Assembly (NCBI GenBank): GCA_963815115.1
Contig: CAWFFN010000005.1
Location: forward strand, 448,001 to 512,000
DNA length: 64,000 nt
Source: an uncultured delta proteobacterium
GTDB taxonomy: Bacteria > Desulfobacterota > Binatia > DP-6
Direction of reading: 5' to 3'
Made by a program: the position numbers and the translations under genes. Below the pieces are notes generated by a model that saw only the letters and a program-made list of their open reading frames with translations, made no database searches and was not told the DNA's origin. Of this stretch, positions 1 through 9,560 are shown piece after piece; position 1 is the stretch's first letter; each line of letters begins with the position of its first letter.

Positions 1-677
1 CGATCGTGAGCTGCGACCTGGGCACGTTGGCGGCCAACGCCACGGCCACGGTGACCGTCACGGCGACCCGCGAGGTGGCGGAGCCGATCAGCAACACGGC
101 AAGCGTCACGTCGCCCACCACACCGGACCCGGCCCCGGAGGACAACACGGCCACGGCGGTCCTGCCGAGCGTCTCCGGGGAGACCTGCGACAACTGTCAG
201 GACGACGACGGCGATGGGCTGGTGGACAGCGAGGATCCGGATTGCTGCACGGCGCAGGGGCTCACGGTCGACCGGGCCCGCTACCGGGCCGGCAAGACCA
301 CGCTGCACGTGAACGCCACCCTGGCGAACGGCACCTTCACGGGCTTCGACCCGCGCCAGCAGGACCTGCAGCTCCAGGTCCGCGGTCAGGGAGGAGAGCT
401 GGTCTGCTGCACGCTCGGGCACGAGAACTGGCAGAAGCTCTTCCGCCGCAACTTCGGCTTCTTCGACCAGCGCTTGACGATCTGCCCGCCGATCAAGTGC
501 GTGAAGCTCGCGTTCCCGAAGAACGGGCCGCCCCGGGTGACCGTCATCGCCGGCGGCGTGCAGCCAGGCAGCTCGCTGCTCTCCCCCGTGCAGATCACCC
601 TCAGCGTGGGCGGTCAGTGCACCACGGGCTCGATGACCCTGCGCCCCAGGGGCAAGAACGGCGCGGTGTTCCCGTGA
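1..677 (+). CDS. Secreted/surface protein, C-terminal part (DUF11-like Ig domain, CDNCQDDDGDGLVD Ca-binding-like motif, C-terminal beta domain); 5' end lies outside the window
   Basis: Frame open from the window edge; SCDLGTLA...ISNTASVTS..PDP..EDNTAT is the DUF11 signature; stop TGA at 675-677. Confidence 0.7.
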   Translation, partial: IVSCDLGTLAANATATVTVTATREVAEPISNTASVTSPTTPDPAPEDNTATAVLPSVSGETCDNCQDDDGDGLVDSEDPDCCTAQGLTVDRARYRAGKTTLHVNATLANGTFTGFDPRQQDLQLQVRGQGGELVCCTLGHENWQKLFRRNFGFFDQRLTICPPIKCVKLAFPKNGPPRVTVIAGGVQPGSSLLSPVQITLSVGGQCTTGSMTLRPRGKNGAVFP

Positions 678-731
678 CCCGGCAGCCGGAGCGGGAGGGT
701 CGTTCGAGCCGGCGACGAGCCCGTCGCCGAC

Positions 732-2216
732 TCAACGCCGGATGACGAGCGCGGCGATCCGGCCGCCGCGCGCCTGCGCGCGCTCCCAGTCGTCCTCCGA
801 CACCACGAAGCGGACGGGCCGTCCATCGACGGTACTGTCGGGGAAGAACACCACGAACATGCCGGCCCATCCCGGGAACATGCTCGGGAAGCCGTGGCTC
901 AACCCGAAGGGCTGATTCTCGATCGTCGCCACCTCGCCCGGCGCGGTGCTCGCAACGTGCTCCCGGATGTCGTCCAGCATCGCCATGGTCTCGGCGCGCT
1001 GCGCGTCCCAGTGATCGATGGGGAAGGGACGTAGCACGAGCGCGGCGATGCGGGCGACGATCCAGATGCCGATCGACCCGCGAACCAGCGCGCTCGCGGT
1101 GGGGCCGCGCCCCGCCACCTGGGCGAGTGCCGTGCAGACGAGCACCGCGACGACCGCGAGCGCCAGGTACTGGTAGCGCGCGCCCATGGCGGCGACCGCG
1201 GCTGGCGTGTGCGCGGCCTCGAAGAGGATCGCTCGTCCAGCCGAGATCGTCCCGTATGCGGCGGCGGCGAGCGTCGCCAGAGCGAGGAGGCTGCGGCGCG
1301 CGCTGCCCGATCCGCACAGCAAGCCGATCCCGAGCAGGAGTGCGAGCGCCGCGCCTCCCACCACCTGCATGGACGCCGGGAACCGCGGGTGCGCGCCGAC
1401 GAAGTCGAAGCCGAGCGCGGCGGCTCCGAAGCCGAAGAGGTGGGCGACGAAGATCAACACGGGCGCGAGCGAGGCGACCACCGTGGTGACCGAGAACAGC
1501 TTGGCCTCGGGCCCGACCACCTCGGGCGAGTAGGTGATGACGATCCGGTAGAGCGCGAAGGACGCCGCGGCGCCGACGACGAGCACGATCAGGCTTCGGA
1601 GTGGAAGCTGCCGGCGAGGCAGGGCGAGCGCCGCGACCAGCGGAAACGCAATCGCGACCCCGAGGCCGATCCCGAAGCACGTGCTGCCGGCGAGCAGGAG
1701 CCCGGCCCAGCAGGCGGCGGTGCCGGTCGACACCGACGTCCCGGTGGCGATCCGCTGCCCGAGGCTGAAGAGGACGCTCAGCACGATGGCGGTGAGCAGT
1801 ACCTGGCCGTACACCGCGTACCATCCGAGCGCTTCCTGTAGCACCGGAGAGGTTCCCCACAACGTGGCGCCGAACGTGGCCAGCACGACGCTGGCGGTGA
1901 AGCGGCGGATCACCCCGTAGAGCAGCGCCGTGTTCAGGGCGTGGGTCAGCAGCACGCTCCAGAAGTAGGGCCGTGGATCGGCCCCGAAGAGCCGGAACAT
2001 GACGGCGAAGACGGTATTGCGGACGGTGTAGAGGTGGCCGGCCCAGGGCAGGATCAGCAGCCGTACGAACGGCTTGGTGGCGATGTCGTAGAGGTGAACG
2101 AAGTCGTCGCCGTTGAAGTAGTTGTCGAGGAGCGGCGCCCAGGCGAGCAGCGCGCAGCCGACGGGGAGCAGAGGCGCCAGGCGCCGGAGCCAGGCGGGCG
2201 ACTCCTCGGGGTTCAC
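732..2216 (-). CDS. Polytopic membrane protein, GT-C/ArnT-like glycosyltransferase superfamily candidate
   Basis: GTG at 2216 overlaps the upstream TGA (GTGA); first TM helix followed by DDFVHL acidic loop, then about 10-12 hydrophobic segments. Confidence 0.6.
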   Translation of the reverse strand: MNPEESPAWLRRLAPLLPVGCALLAWAPLLDNYFNGDDFVHLYDIATKPFVRLLILPWAGHLYTVRNTVFAVMFRLFGADPRPYFWSVLLTHALNTALLYGVIRRFTASVVLATFGATLWGTSPVLQEALGWYAVYGQVLLTAIVLSVLFSLGQRIATGTSVSTGTAACWAGLLLAGSTCFGIGLGVAIAFPLVAALALPRRQLPLRSLIVLVVGAAASFALYRIVITYSPEVVGPEAKLFSVTTVVASLAPVLIFVAHLFGFGAAALGFDFVGAHPRFPASMQVVGGAALALLLGIGLLCGSGSARRSLLALATLAAAAYGTISAGRAILFEAAHTPAAVAAMGARYQYLALAVVAVLVCTALAQVAGRGPTASALVRGSIGIWIVARIAALVLRPFPIDHWDAQRAETMAMLDDIREHVASTAPGEVATIENQPFGLSHGFPSMFPGWAGMFVVFFPDSTVDGRPVRFVVSEDDWERAQARGGRIAALVIRR

Positions 2217-3286
2217 GCCGCCAGCCGGTAGAAGCGCTCCGCGTTCTCTCCCATGATCTTCGCGCGCACCGCGTCGGAGATGTCCCGGCGCTCGCGCAAC
2301 GGCTTCGTCGAGTTCGGGAAGTCCGAGTCCCAGTGCGGGTAGTCGCTGGCGTACATGATGAAGTGGTCGCCCAGGGCTTCCACCGCGAGCGGCACCGAGA
2401 CCTCCTCGGGCTCGCAGCTGACGTAGAGCTGTCCCCGCGCGATGTACTCCCGGGGCTCGCGCTTGCACTCGGGCGTCAGCCGGCCGCGCTTCTCGAGGTG
2501 CTCCTCCATGCGCTCCATGAAGTAGGGCACCCAGCCCACGCCCGACTCGAGCAGCGCGACCCGCAACGTCGGATGGCGCTCGAACACGCCGCCGAGGATG
2601 AGCGCCGTCGACGCCACCATCATGTCGAACGGGAAGCTCACGCAGTGCACCTGGAGATAGTTGTCGAAGCGGTGCGAGCCCAGGTTGGGCAGATGGATGC
2701 CGGGCGCGCCGTGGATGCCGAGCGGCATCTCGAGGTCGGCGGCGGCGGCGTAGAAGGGCTCCAGGTCCGGGTGGTCGAGATTGCGGTCCTTCAGGACCGC
2801 CGGGACCATGATGGCCTTCAGGCCGAGCCCCTTCGCGTCCCGCATGATGCCGATCGAGGTGGCGACGTCCTCGATGGGAACGAGTCCGACGCCGTAGAAG
2901 CGGCCCTTCCCGCGCCCGCACCAGTCGGCCATCCAGGCGTTGTAGGCGCGGGCCATCTCCGCCGCGAAACGCTGGTCCTCGTACGCGGGCAGGCCGAGCG
3001 CCGCGCTCGGGAAGAACACCATGCCGTCGATGCCCTCGCGATCGGCGTCCGCCAGCACGCCCTCGGCCGTGAAGGGATTCGCGCCGCGGTCGAGGCACAT
3101 GCCCTCGTCGGCGCGGCAGCCGGCGCCCGGTCCCCACGACTTCGGATACGGCCTGCCCTCGATGTAGAGCGCGGTGGCCTCCTCGCCCTGCGCGAAGCGG
3201 ATCTTGTCCGGAAAGCGCTCGAGCATCTGGGCCATGAACTCGCGGCCCTCGACCACGTGCGCGTCGCTGTCGATCACTCGTGCCAT
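2213..3286 (-). CDS. Amidohydrolase family 2 protein
   Basis: IDSDAHVVE, GIHG, LESGVGW and YASDYPHWD motifs; GGAGGA RBS. Confidence 0.9.
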   Translation of the reverse strand: MARVIDSDAHVVEGREFMAQMLERFPDKIRFAQGEEATALYIEGRPYPKSWGPGAGCRADEGMCLDRGANPFTAEGVLADADREGIDGMVFFPSAALGLPAYEDQRFAAEMARAYNAWMADWCGRGKGRFYGVGLVPIEDVATSIGIMRDAKGLGLKAIMVPAVLKDRNLDHPDLEPFYAAAADLEMPLGIHGAPGIHLPNLGSHRFDNYLQVHCVSFPFDMMVASTALILGGVFERHPTLRVALLESGVGWVPYFMERMEEHLEKRGRLTPECKREPREYIARGQLYVSCEPEEVSVPLAVEALGDHFIMYASDYPHWDSDFPNSTKPLRERRDISDAVRAKIMGENAERFYRLAA

Positions 3287-3305
3287 GTCGGATCCTCCGT
3301 CCGCG

Positions 3306-4448
3306 TCACCCGATCACACCCTGGTCGCGCAGCGCCGCGATGTCGCCGGCGGCATACCCCAGGCCGCGCAGGACGGCGTCGGTATGCTCGCCCAGCACGG
3401 GCAGCGCCGGCGCCGTCGCGCGCGGCGCGTCCGAGAGCTTGATCGGCGAGCTGATGTAGCTCCGGGTGCCGGCCGGGGTCTCCATGTCGACCACCATGCC
3501 GCGGTGACGCAGCTGCGGGTCGTCGTAGGCTTCCTCGATGTTCAGCACCGGGCCGAAGCAGATCTCCTGACCGGCGAGCTCGGCCATCCACTGGTCGAGC
3601 GTCTTCTCCCGGAACGCGGCACGGAAGAAGCGGAACATCTCCTCGCGCCGCGCCTCCGAGAATTGCTCGGGAGCGAAGTCGTCGCGGCCGAAGTGGCGGC
3701 AGAGCGTGGCCCAGAAGTGCGGCTCGTACGCCCCGACCGTGACGTAGCGACCGTCGCGCGTCTCGTACACGGCATAGCAGGGCCAGTGGCCGGTGAGCTG
3801 CTCCTTGCCCCGCTGCGGGAGCTGCCCCGAGAACCAGTGGATGGTCTGGTGGCAGACGTTCCACGCGGCGGCGCCGTCGAGCATCGCGATGTCCACGAGC
3901 TGGCCGCGCCCGGTCTGCTCGCGGGCGACGATGGCGGAGAGGATGCCCACCGCGGCCATCAGCGATCCCGCCCCGACGTCCGCGACCTGGACGGGGGGGA
4001 TCATCGGCGGGCCGTCGGGTGCGCCGGCGTACTCCAGCACCCCGGCATAGCCGAGGTAGTTGACGTCGTGCCCGACCTTGTCGCGGTACGGCCCGTCCTG
4101 TCCGTAGCCCGAGATGGCGCAGTAGATCAGCCGGGGATTGCGGGCGTGCAGCGTCTCCCAGTCGAACCCGAGGCGCTTCATGACCCCGGGCCGGAACCCC
4201 TCGAGCAGCACGTCGGACTGATCCACGAGCTTCGCGAAGATCTCCCGTCCGGGATCGGTCTTCAGGTCGAGCGTCATGCTGCGCTTGTTGCGCGCGAGGA
4301 ACGGGATGCCGAGGCCGAACGGATCGCGCGGCGCGGTGACGACCAGGACGTCCATGCCCAGGTCGGCGAGGAGCGTCGAGCAGAACGGACCCGGGAGCTG
4401 GCGGGAGAGGTCGAGCATCCGGAAGCGGCCGAGCGGCGGTGCAGGCAT
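3306..4448 (-). CDS. CaiB/BaiF family III CoA transferase
   Basis: LDLSRQLPGPFCSTLLADLG, RNKRSMTLDLK, EGFRPGV, SGYGQDGP and GHDVNY motifs. Confidence 0.92.
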   Translation of the reverse strand: MPAPPLGRFRMLDLSRQLPGPFCSTLLADLGMDVLVVTAPRDPFGLGIPFLARNKRSMTLDLKTDPGREIFAKLVDQSDVLLEGFRPGVMKRLGFDWETLHARNPRLIYCAISGYGQDGPYRDKVGHDVNYLGYAGVLEYAGAPDGPPMIPPVQVADVGAGSLMAAVGILSAIVAREQTGRGQLVDIAMLDGAAAWNVCHQTIHWFSGQLPQRGKEQLTGHWPCYAVYETRDGRYVTVGAYEPHFWATLCRHFGRDDFAPEQFSEARREEMFRFFRAAFREKTLDQWMAELAGQEICFGPVLNIEEAYDDPQLRHRGMVVDMETPAGTRSYISSPIKLSDAPRATAPALPVLGEHTDAVLRGLGYAAGDIAALRDQGVIG

Positions 4449-4461
4449 GTGTCCCGGCTCC

Positions 4462-5679
4462 TTACCAGAGCCCGCGCAGCCAGAGCCAGAGTACGGCGAG
4501 AGCCAGGGTGAGCAGCGTCACGGGGACGCCCATGCGCGCGTGCTCGCGCCAGCTGATGCGGAGATCGTGCAGCGCCGCCTGCTCCGCCACGATCAGGTTG
4601 GCGATGCTACCGACCATGAGCAGGTTGCCCGCGAGCGTGCTGGCCAGCGCGAGGATGGGGCCGGCGGAGGGCCGGGGCGCGACGGCCAGGAGCAGCATCA
4701 CCGCCGGGACGTTCGAGACCAGGTTCGAGAGCACCACCGTGGCGGCGAAGAGCCAGGTGGGATGGGCGAGATCGATGCCCGCGCCGCGACTCGCCCGCAC
4801 CGCGTCATCGAGCAGCCCGGTGTCCGCGAGGGCCCCGTTCACGACGAAGAGCCCGATGAAGAGGACGAGCAGGTGCCAGTCGACCAGGGCGAGCATGGGC
4901 CGCGACGCCATCCGCCGGCTGGTGAGGACGATGCCTGCGGCTCCGAGCGCCAGCAGATCGCGCGGCCACGTCCCGAGCAGGAAGAGCACGACCAGGCCGG
5001 CGAGGACCGCGACGCCCTTCGACGCCTGCCAGGCGTCGAAGGGCGCGGCGACGACGTGCACCGGCCGCATCGGCGCGTGCCAGCGTCCCGCGGTCATCCG
5101 GCGCACCACCCACCACACCACGACGAGGCCCAGGGCGGAGGGCGGGGCGGCGTCGAGCAGATAGCCGGCGAAGGAGAGGTGGAGCCGTTCCCCGATGAGC
5201 ATGTTCTGCGGGTTGCCGATCAGGGTCGCGGCCGAGCCGACGTTGGACGCCGCCGCGAGTGCGAGCAGGAACGGCGTCGCGCGCAAGCCGCGACGGGCGC
5301 AGCCCTCGATCAGGATCGGGGCCATGGCGAGACAGACGATGTCGTTGGCCAGCAGCGCCGAGAGCACCCCCGCGACCGCGACCAGCATCGCGAGCAGGGC
5401 GCCGGGGCCGAGGGCCGCGGTCGCGATCCGGCGCGTCACCTGGTCGTAGAAGCCGCCGAGGCGGAGCTGCGCCGAGACGACCATGAGGCCGAAGAGGAGG
5501 CACAGCGTCGGGGTGTCGATGGCGCGCCACGCTTGCTGCGGCGAGATGAGCTCGGTGGCGACGAGCACGATCGCGCCGAGCAGGGCCGCGCCGGTGCGGT
5601 CGAGGGCGAGCCCCGGCAGCTCGCCGAGCAGCATCGCCAGATAGACCAGCGCGAAGACGATGAGGACGGCGGCGGACAC
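4462..5679 (-). CDS. ArsB/NhaD/SLC13 (CitMHS-like) anion permease
   Basis: LDRTGAALLGA, ASNVGSAATLIGNPQN, SNLVSNVPA and GSIANLIV motifs. Confidence 0.9.
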   Translation of the reverse strand: MSAAVLIVFALVYLAMLLGELPGLALDRTGAALLGAIVLVATELISPQQAWRAIDTPTLCLLFGLMVVSAQLRLGGFYDQVTRRIATAALGPGALLAMLVAVAGVLSALLANDIVCLAMAPILIEGCARRGLRATPFLLALAAASNVGSAATLIGNPQNMLIGERLHLSFAGYLLDAAPPSALGLVVVWWVVRRMTAGRWHAPMRPVHVVAAPFDAWQASKGVAVLAGLVVLFLLGTWPRDLLALGAAGIVLTSRRMASRPMLALVDWHLLVLFIGLFVVNGALADTGLLDDAVRASRGAGIDLAHPTWLFAATVVLSNLVSNVPAVMLLLAVAPRPSAGPILALASTLAGNLLMVGSIANLIVAEQAALHDLRISWREHARMGVPVTLLTLALAVLWLWLRGLW

Positions 5680-5688
5680 GCGCGCCGC

Positions 5689-6297
5689 TCAGCCGTCGAC
5701 GAGGCGCTTTCCCAGGTTGCCCACCCCGACGGCCGCGCAGCCGTAGAGCCAGGGAAGCCACACGGTGACGCCGGCGAGCGAGGGCTCGAGGTAGACGAAC
5801 GTTCCCGTGCGGACGAGCGTGATCTCGACCGCCGTGCCGATGACCGCCGTCAGCGCGGCCAGCACGAGGCCCAGCCCGGTGCGATCCCAGAGCACCCAGG
5901 CGACGACGAACATCGCGGCAAGGAGAAGGGAGCGGGGGACGGGGCCGCCGCCGACGAGGCCGCTCGCCGCGTATGCGAGGACGAAGACCGCCATGCCGCC
6001 GGCCACCGCGGCGTCCGTCGGCACGGGGCGGCGCAGCCCGAGCATTCGCTCCACCACCGGACGCCCGAGCCCGATCGCCAGTGCCGCGCTGGCGAAGAGT
6101 AGCGGCACCCACCATGCCTGTCCGAAGAGGACCGGCCGTGCGTACGCAGTGGTGCCGGTGTGGACGTGGATCGCATCGAGGCCGGTGCCGACGGTTGCGC
6201 CGGCGAGGGCGAGCGTGGCGCCGGCCGGAAGCCAGCGTGGAGTGTCCTGGGCCACCTCGCTCCCTGCGCCCGAGCTCGGCGCGGCCGCCATCGCCAT
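5689..6297 (-). CDS. INSIG-like six-TM membrane protein (resembles mycobacterial MvINS)
   Basis: DAIHVHTGTTAY...WWVPLL and VIGTAVEITLVRTGTFVY...WLPWLY match the recalled MvINS pattern; start uncertain (6297, 6291 or GTG 6255). Confidence 0.65.
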   Translation of the reverse strand: MAMAAAPSSGAGSEVAQDTPRWLPAGATLALAGATVGTGLDAIHVHTGTTAYARPVLFGQAWWVPLLFASAALAIGLGRPVVERMLGLRRPVPTDAAVAGGMAVFVLAYAASGLVGGGPVPRSLLLAAMFVVAWVLWDRTGLGLVLAALTAVIGTAVEITLVRTGTFVYLEPSLAGVTVWLPWLYGCAAVGVGNLGKRLVDG

Positions 6298-6390
6298 GCC
6301 CGGTCGGCTAGCATGCGTCGGCTCGCGGAGCCAGCCACCAGACGTCTGCAATCATTTGCGGCTGGGCGTTCCGACCGGTAGGTCTCGGCT

Positions 6391-7980
6391 GTGTCCTCGA
6401 GCTCCTCGCCCGATCTCGCCTTCGGCGCCTTCAGCGAGCGCGGCCCGTGGACCATCGACCCCGAGCAGCTCAGCTGGCGTGCCGGCATCGACGCACGACG
6501 TGCCGGCGCCCAGGCCGAGGTCCCGGAGCTGGTTCGCCGTCGCATCCTGCCGCCGCTCGGCCGGTTCACCGAGGCCGCCGCGGTGCTCGGCTCCGCGCTC
6601 GCCGGCTGGCAGCTCCGCGAGCGCCGCGCGGGCGGCGCGGCGTCACGGGCGGGCCTCTCGCGGCGATTGCGCCGCGCCTTCGAGCGGCTGGGCCCGGCGT
6701 ACATCAAGCTCGGCCAGATCGTGTCGTCCGGCCAGGGCTTCTTCCCGCCCGAGCTGGTCGACGAGTTCAAGCACTGCCGCGACCAGGTGCCGGCCGAGCC
6801 CTTCCGGCTCGTGCGGCGCGTCGTCGAGGAGGACCTCGGCGCGCCGCTCGAGCGCAGCTTCGCCTGGTTCGACGAGCAGCCGATCGCGGCGGCGTCGATC
6901 GCGCAGGTGCACGCGGCGCGCCTGCCCGGCGGCGAGGAGGTGGTGGTGAAGGTGCAGCGGCCGAAGGTCGCGCGCCTCGTGCGCCGCGACATCGGGTCGA
7001 TGGCATGGATCGCGCCGCTGCTCGTCGGCCGCATCCCGATCGCGGCGCTCGCCAACCCGCCCGCCCTGGTCGAGCTGTTCGCGGAGACCATCGTCGAGGA
7101 GCTGGACTTCCGCCTCGAGGCCCAGAACATGCTCGACGTCGCCCGCGTGCTGCGTGACGCCGGCCAGCGCATCATCGTGGTGCCGCGCCCGCATCCGCGG
7201 CTGGTCACGCAGCGCGTCCTCGTGATGGAGCGCCTGCACGGCTTCAAGTACGACGACGTCGAGGGCATGCGCGCGGCGGGCGTCGACACCGCCGAGCTGG
7301 TGCGCGCGTTGATGATCGCCTTCCTGGAAGGCGCGATGATCTACGGCGTCTTCCACGGCGACTTTCACGGCGGCAACCTGCTCGTGATGCCGGATGGCCG
7401 CGTCGCGCTCTTCGACTACGGCATCACCGGGCGCATGGCGGAGCCACAGCGGCTCGCCTTCCTGCGCATGATGCTGACCGGCGCCGTGAACGACGTCAGG
7501 GGCCAGCTGGTCGCGTTTCGCGACCTGGGTGCGCTGCCGCCCGACGCCGACCTGGACTCGCTGGAGAAGCTGCTCAAGCTCGATCAGCCGGTGAAGGACC
7601 CGACCACGATGTCGGGCGAGGAGCTGGTCCACGAGATCCAGGATCTCCTGAAGGGGCTTCTCAAGCAGGGTGCCAAGCTGCCGAAGAACCTCATGCTGTA
7701 CGTGAAGGACATGATCTTCTTCGACGGCGCCACCACGCGGCTCGCGCCCGACGTCAACCTGTTCGAGCAGATGACCAGAATCTATGGCTATTTCGCGCAG
7801 CACCATGGCGATCGCATCGCGCGCGACATCGGCTTCGATCCCCGCGTGTTCACGGTCGACCTGGCGGGGGTGAAACGCTCCCTCGGGCTCGACGAGGAGA
7901 CGGCGTCGCTCACCCAGCGCGAGCTGGTCGGGCGGCGGGCCGTGATCCAGGAGCGTCTGGAAGGGACCGGCGACGCCTGA
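6391..7980 (+). CDS. AarF/UbiB/ABC1 atypical kinase
   Basis: GPAYIKLGQ, PIAAASIAQVH, VVVKVQRP, EELDFRLEA, FHGDFHGGN and FDYG motifs. Confidence 0.93.
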   Translation: MSSSSSPDLAFGAFSERGPWTIDPEQLSWRAGIDARRAGAQAEVPELVRRRILPPLGRFTEAAAVLGSALAGWQLRERRAGGAASRAGLSRRLRRAFERLGPAYIKLGQIVSSGQGFFPPELVDEFKHCRDQVPAEPFRLVRRVVEEDLGAPLERSFAWFDEQPIAAASIAQVHAARLPGGEEVVVKVQRPKVARLVRRDIGSMAWIAPLLVGRIPIAALANPPALVELFAETIVEELDFRLEAQNMLDVARVLRDAGQRIIVVPRPHPRLVTQRVLVMERLHGFKYDDVEGMRAAGVDTAELVRALMIAFLEGAMIYGVFHGDFHGGNLLVMPDGRVALFDYGITGRMAEPQRLAFLRMMLTGAVNDVRGQLVAFRDLGALPPDADLDSLEKLLKLDQPVKDPTTMSGEELVHEIQDLLKGLLKQGAKLPKNLMLYVKDMIFFDGATTRLAPDVNLFEQMTRIYGYFAQHHGDRIARDIGFDPRVFTVDLAGVKRSLGLDEETASLTQRELVGRRAVIQERLEGTGDA

Positions 7981-7984
7981 TCGT

Positions 7985-9481
7985 TCAGCCCCCGGTGGGA
8001 AGCCAGCCGTGGCTCTCGAGGAACTCTCGGAGCCGGCGATCCTGGGCTGACAGCGGCGGGAGCCAGGTGCCCAGGCGCTCGCGTCTCCACCACGCACCGC
8101 TCGGATCCCCGGGCGGCGCGAATCGATAGCGATAGAGCGACGCGCGGATGAAGCGCGGCGGCGCGTCCGGGAACGGATCGCCGGCGAGGAGGCCGAGCGC
8201 GCCGGGATCGGCGTGCAGCAGCTTCCAGACCAGGTGCAGGGTCCAGGGATAGGCCTCGGGCCGCGACATCGCCGCGAACCACATGAGCCAGTCGAGCCGG
8301 TAGTGATACGGCGAGATCACGCAGGGCCGTCGCATCGGATCGCCGGGCTTGCACTTGAACTCGTACGGCCGCCAGTCGGCCGCGTCGCCGGGCACGGCAT
8401 CGTCGGTACCCTCGAGGACGATCTCGTCGCGCTCGCGGCCCACGCTGCCGAAGGCGCCGTACGTGTTGACGAGATCCAGCGGATCGAAGGAGGTGTTCAT
8501 CACCTGGTGGCCGGAGAGCAGGTTGCCGACCGGCGCCACGCTGAGCACCGCGACCAGGACCGCGACGGCTCCGGCCACGACCTGCTGCGCTCGCGACGGC
8601 CGGGCCTCGTCCGCCGCCCGGAGGCTCGCGCGCGCGAGCCGCGCGGGAAGCACGCGGGCGAGGAAGCGATCGTCGAAGCACGCCAGCACCGGCACCACGG
8701 TGAGCCAGTTCAGGAAGGACAGGTTGCCGCTCAGGATGAGGAAGACCTGAAACGCCGTCATGAGCGTGCCGGCGGCGAGGCGCGCCGGGCGCGGGCCGAA
8801 GACGAACCACGGCGCCACCAGCTCGGTCAGGTGGTTGAACAGCACCCCGCCGCGGTTGAACCAGTGCGGCATGAAGTGCAGCGAGCGGCTGAGCGGATTC
8901 GGGATCGGCTGGGTCTCGTAGTGGAAGTACAGGCAGGTGAGATCGCGCCAGCACGAGTCGCCGCGCAGCTTGATCAGGCCCGCGCCGAGCATGATGCGGA
9001 ACGCGAGCCAGCGCAGCAGCCAGATGACGGCCGTCGGCGGCGGCCGTCGCGGGAAGGGACGAGCGTCGAGGGGAGGGCAGAGGAAGATGGCCAGGAAGCC
9101 GGTCTCGAGGAGCTGGATCTCCCAGCCGAAGCCGTACCAGACCTGCCCGACGTGGACGAAGGAGAGGTAGAGAAACCAGAGCGCCGCCAGCAGCACCCCG
9201 TTGGCGAAGCCGAGCAGCACCGGCACGGAGAGCGCGACGCCGAGCCACGCCATCGCCTGCAGGAAGCCGTCCGAGGCGTCGAGCCAGAAGAGGCTCGGGA
9301 CGTGCCGGAACGCGACGGCGCGCGAGCCGTAGCGATCGGCGACCCGCTCGAGGAAGAGCGGGATCGGCGTCAGGCCGTGCGAGCCGAGGAGCGGCAGGAG
9401 CTGCTGGACGAGGACGAGGAACGCGACCAGGTAGACGAGCCCGAGGAGGCGGAGGACGAGGAAGCGCGCGAGCCAGTAGGT
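7985..9481 (-). CDS. Lipase maturation factor (LMF1) family protein; start codon unresolved
   Basis: WYGFGWEIQLLETGF, GLIKLRGD, YETQPIPNP, VNTYGAFGSV, YEFKCKPG and PYHYRLDWLMWF motifs. Homology runs upstream of the called ATG (9253) to TYWLARFLVLRLLGLVYL at 9481, with no ATG/GTG/TTG before the in-frame TAG at 9566-9568. Confidence 0.85.
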   Translation of the reverse strand, partial: TYWLARFLVLRLLGLVYLVAFLVLVQQLLPLLGSHGLTPIPLFLERVADRYGSRAVAFRHVPSLFWLDASDGFLQAMAWLGVALSVPVLLGFANGVLLAALWFLYLSFVHVGQVWYGFGWEIQLLETGFLAIFLCPPLDARPFPRRPPPTAVIWLLRWLAFRIMLGAGLIKLRGDSCWRDLTCLYFHYETQPIPNPLSRSLHFMPHWFNRGGVLFNHLTELVAPWFVFGPRPARLAAGTLMTAFQVFLILSGNLSFLNWLTVVPVLACFDDRFLARVLPARLARASLRAADEARPSRAQQVVAGAVAVLVAVLSVAPVGNLLSGHQVMNTSFDPLDLVNTYGAFGSVGRERDEIVLEGTDDAVPGDAADWRPYEFKCKPGDPMRRPCVISPYHYRLDWLMWFAAMSRPEAYPWTLHLVWKLLHADPGALGLLAGDPFPDAPPRFIRASLYRYRFAPPGDPSGAWWRRERLGTWLPPLSAQDRRLREFLESHGWLPTGG

Positions 9482-9489
9482 CCGCCGCG

Positions 9490-9530
9490 AAGAAAACGGC
9501 CCCGGCGGAGGGGTCTCTCCGCCGGGGCCG
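9490..9530 (-). terminator. Rho-independent terminator of the 9561-11718 gene
   Basis: 14-bp perfect stem CGGCCCCGGCGGAG/CTCCGCCGGGGCCG, 6-nt loop, followed by UUUUCUU on the minus strand, 30 nt after the stop. Confidence 0.75.
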
Positions 9531-9560
9531 GGTGGCTGCTCGGGGACGTCGGTCGTTCGG

